Virus record (IMG/VR): IMGVR_UViG_3300029906_000008 | Span: 1 to 64,000 of that record | From: a virus | Taxonomy: Duplodnaviria > Caudoviricetes | Strand: one strand, 5' to 3' | DNA: 64,000 nt | Shown here: positions 63,872-64,000 of the stretch, one piece after another | Layout: every line of letters begins with the position of its first letter | Position numbering within the stretch: the first letter of the stretch is position 1 | Notes under the pieces: generated by a model | Databases searched by the model: none | The model's input: the letters and a program-made list of their open reading frames with translations, nothing else | Told to the model about the DNA's origin: nothing | Made by a program: the position numbers and the translations under genes

Positions 63872-64000
63872 TAACATCAGAGCAACTTAACAGACTGCGG
63901 GACGAGGCATACGCCACGGCCTGCAACAAGGGCTTCCATGACGAGAAGAAGTCAGACGAGCACTACCTCATGCTTGTCATAACCGAGATAGCCGAGGCCG
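63868..64000 (+). CDS. MazG-like nucleotide pyrophosphohydrolase (truncated by the window edge)
   Basis: MITSEQLNRLRDEAYATACNKGFH...LMLVITEIAEA. Confidence 0.65.
   Translation, partial: MITSEQLNRLRDEAYATACNKGFHDEKKSDEHYLMLVITEIAEA

Noticed and set aside
1-64000. Stop-codon reassignment as in some gut phages
   Set aside because: Long structural genes are intact in the standard code and TAG, TGA and TAA all end genes

Overview
The whole window looks like one temperate, long-tailed (siphovirus-type) phage of a Bacteroidota host; Bacteroidetes-type TTTG-N19/20-TAnnTTTG promoters precede several operons. No host genes or prophage junction are visible, and the integrase sits next to an intact attP-like region with phage genes on both sides, so this is probably the excised or virion form. 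Layout: lysis cassette with an inserted hicAB (1-2.4 kb); tail and head genes on the minus strand (2.4-23 kb); divergent terminase (with an intein), portal and minor head genes (23-28 kb); glycosyltransferase, TerS-like and SF3 helicase genes (28-31 kb); an early accessory cluster with RadC/JAB, LPD29-like and a second tyrosine recombinase (32-38 kb); integrase, attP and the lysis-lysogeny switch (38-42 kb); recombination and replication genes (43-49 kb); and a long run of small genes with nucleic-acid-modifying enzymes (49-64 kb). The most notable items are a stand-alone Csx3/Crn3-like protein (a candidate anti-type III CRISPR factor), six intergenic tRNA-like T-loop elements, a Met1 class-3 intein in the terminase Walker A motif, a truncated RlmN/Cfr-like radical SAM enzyme, and a PD-(D/E)XK nuclease-FtsK fusion. 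All family assignments are from motif recognition by eye; no database searches were run.
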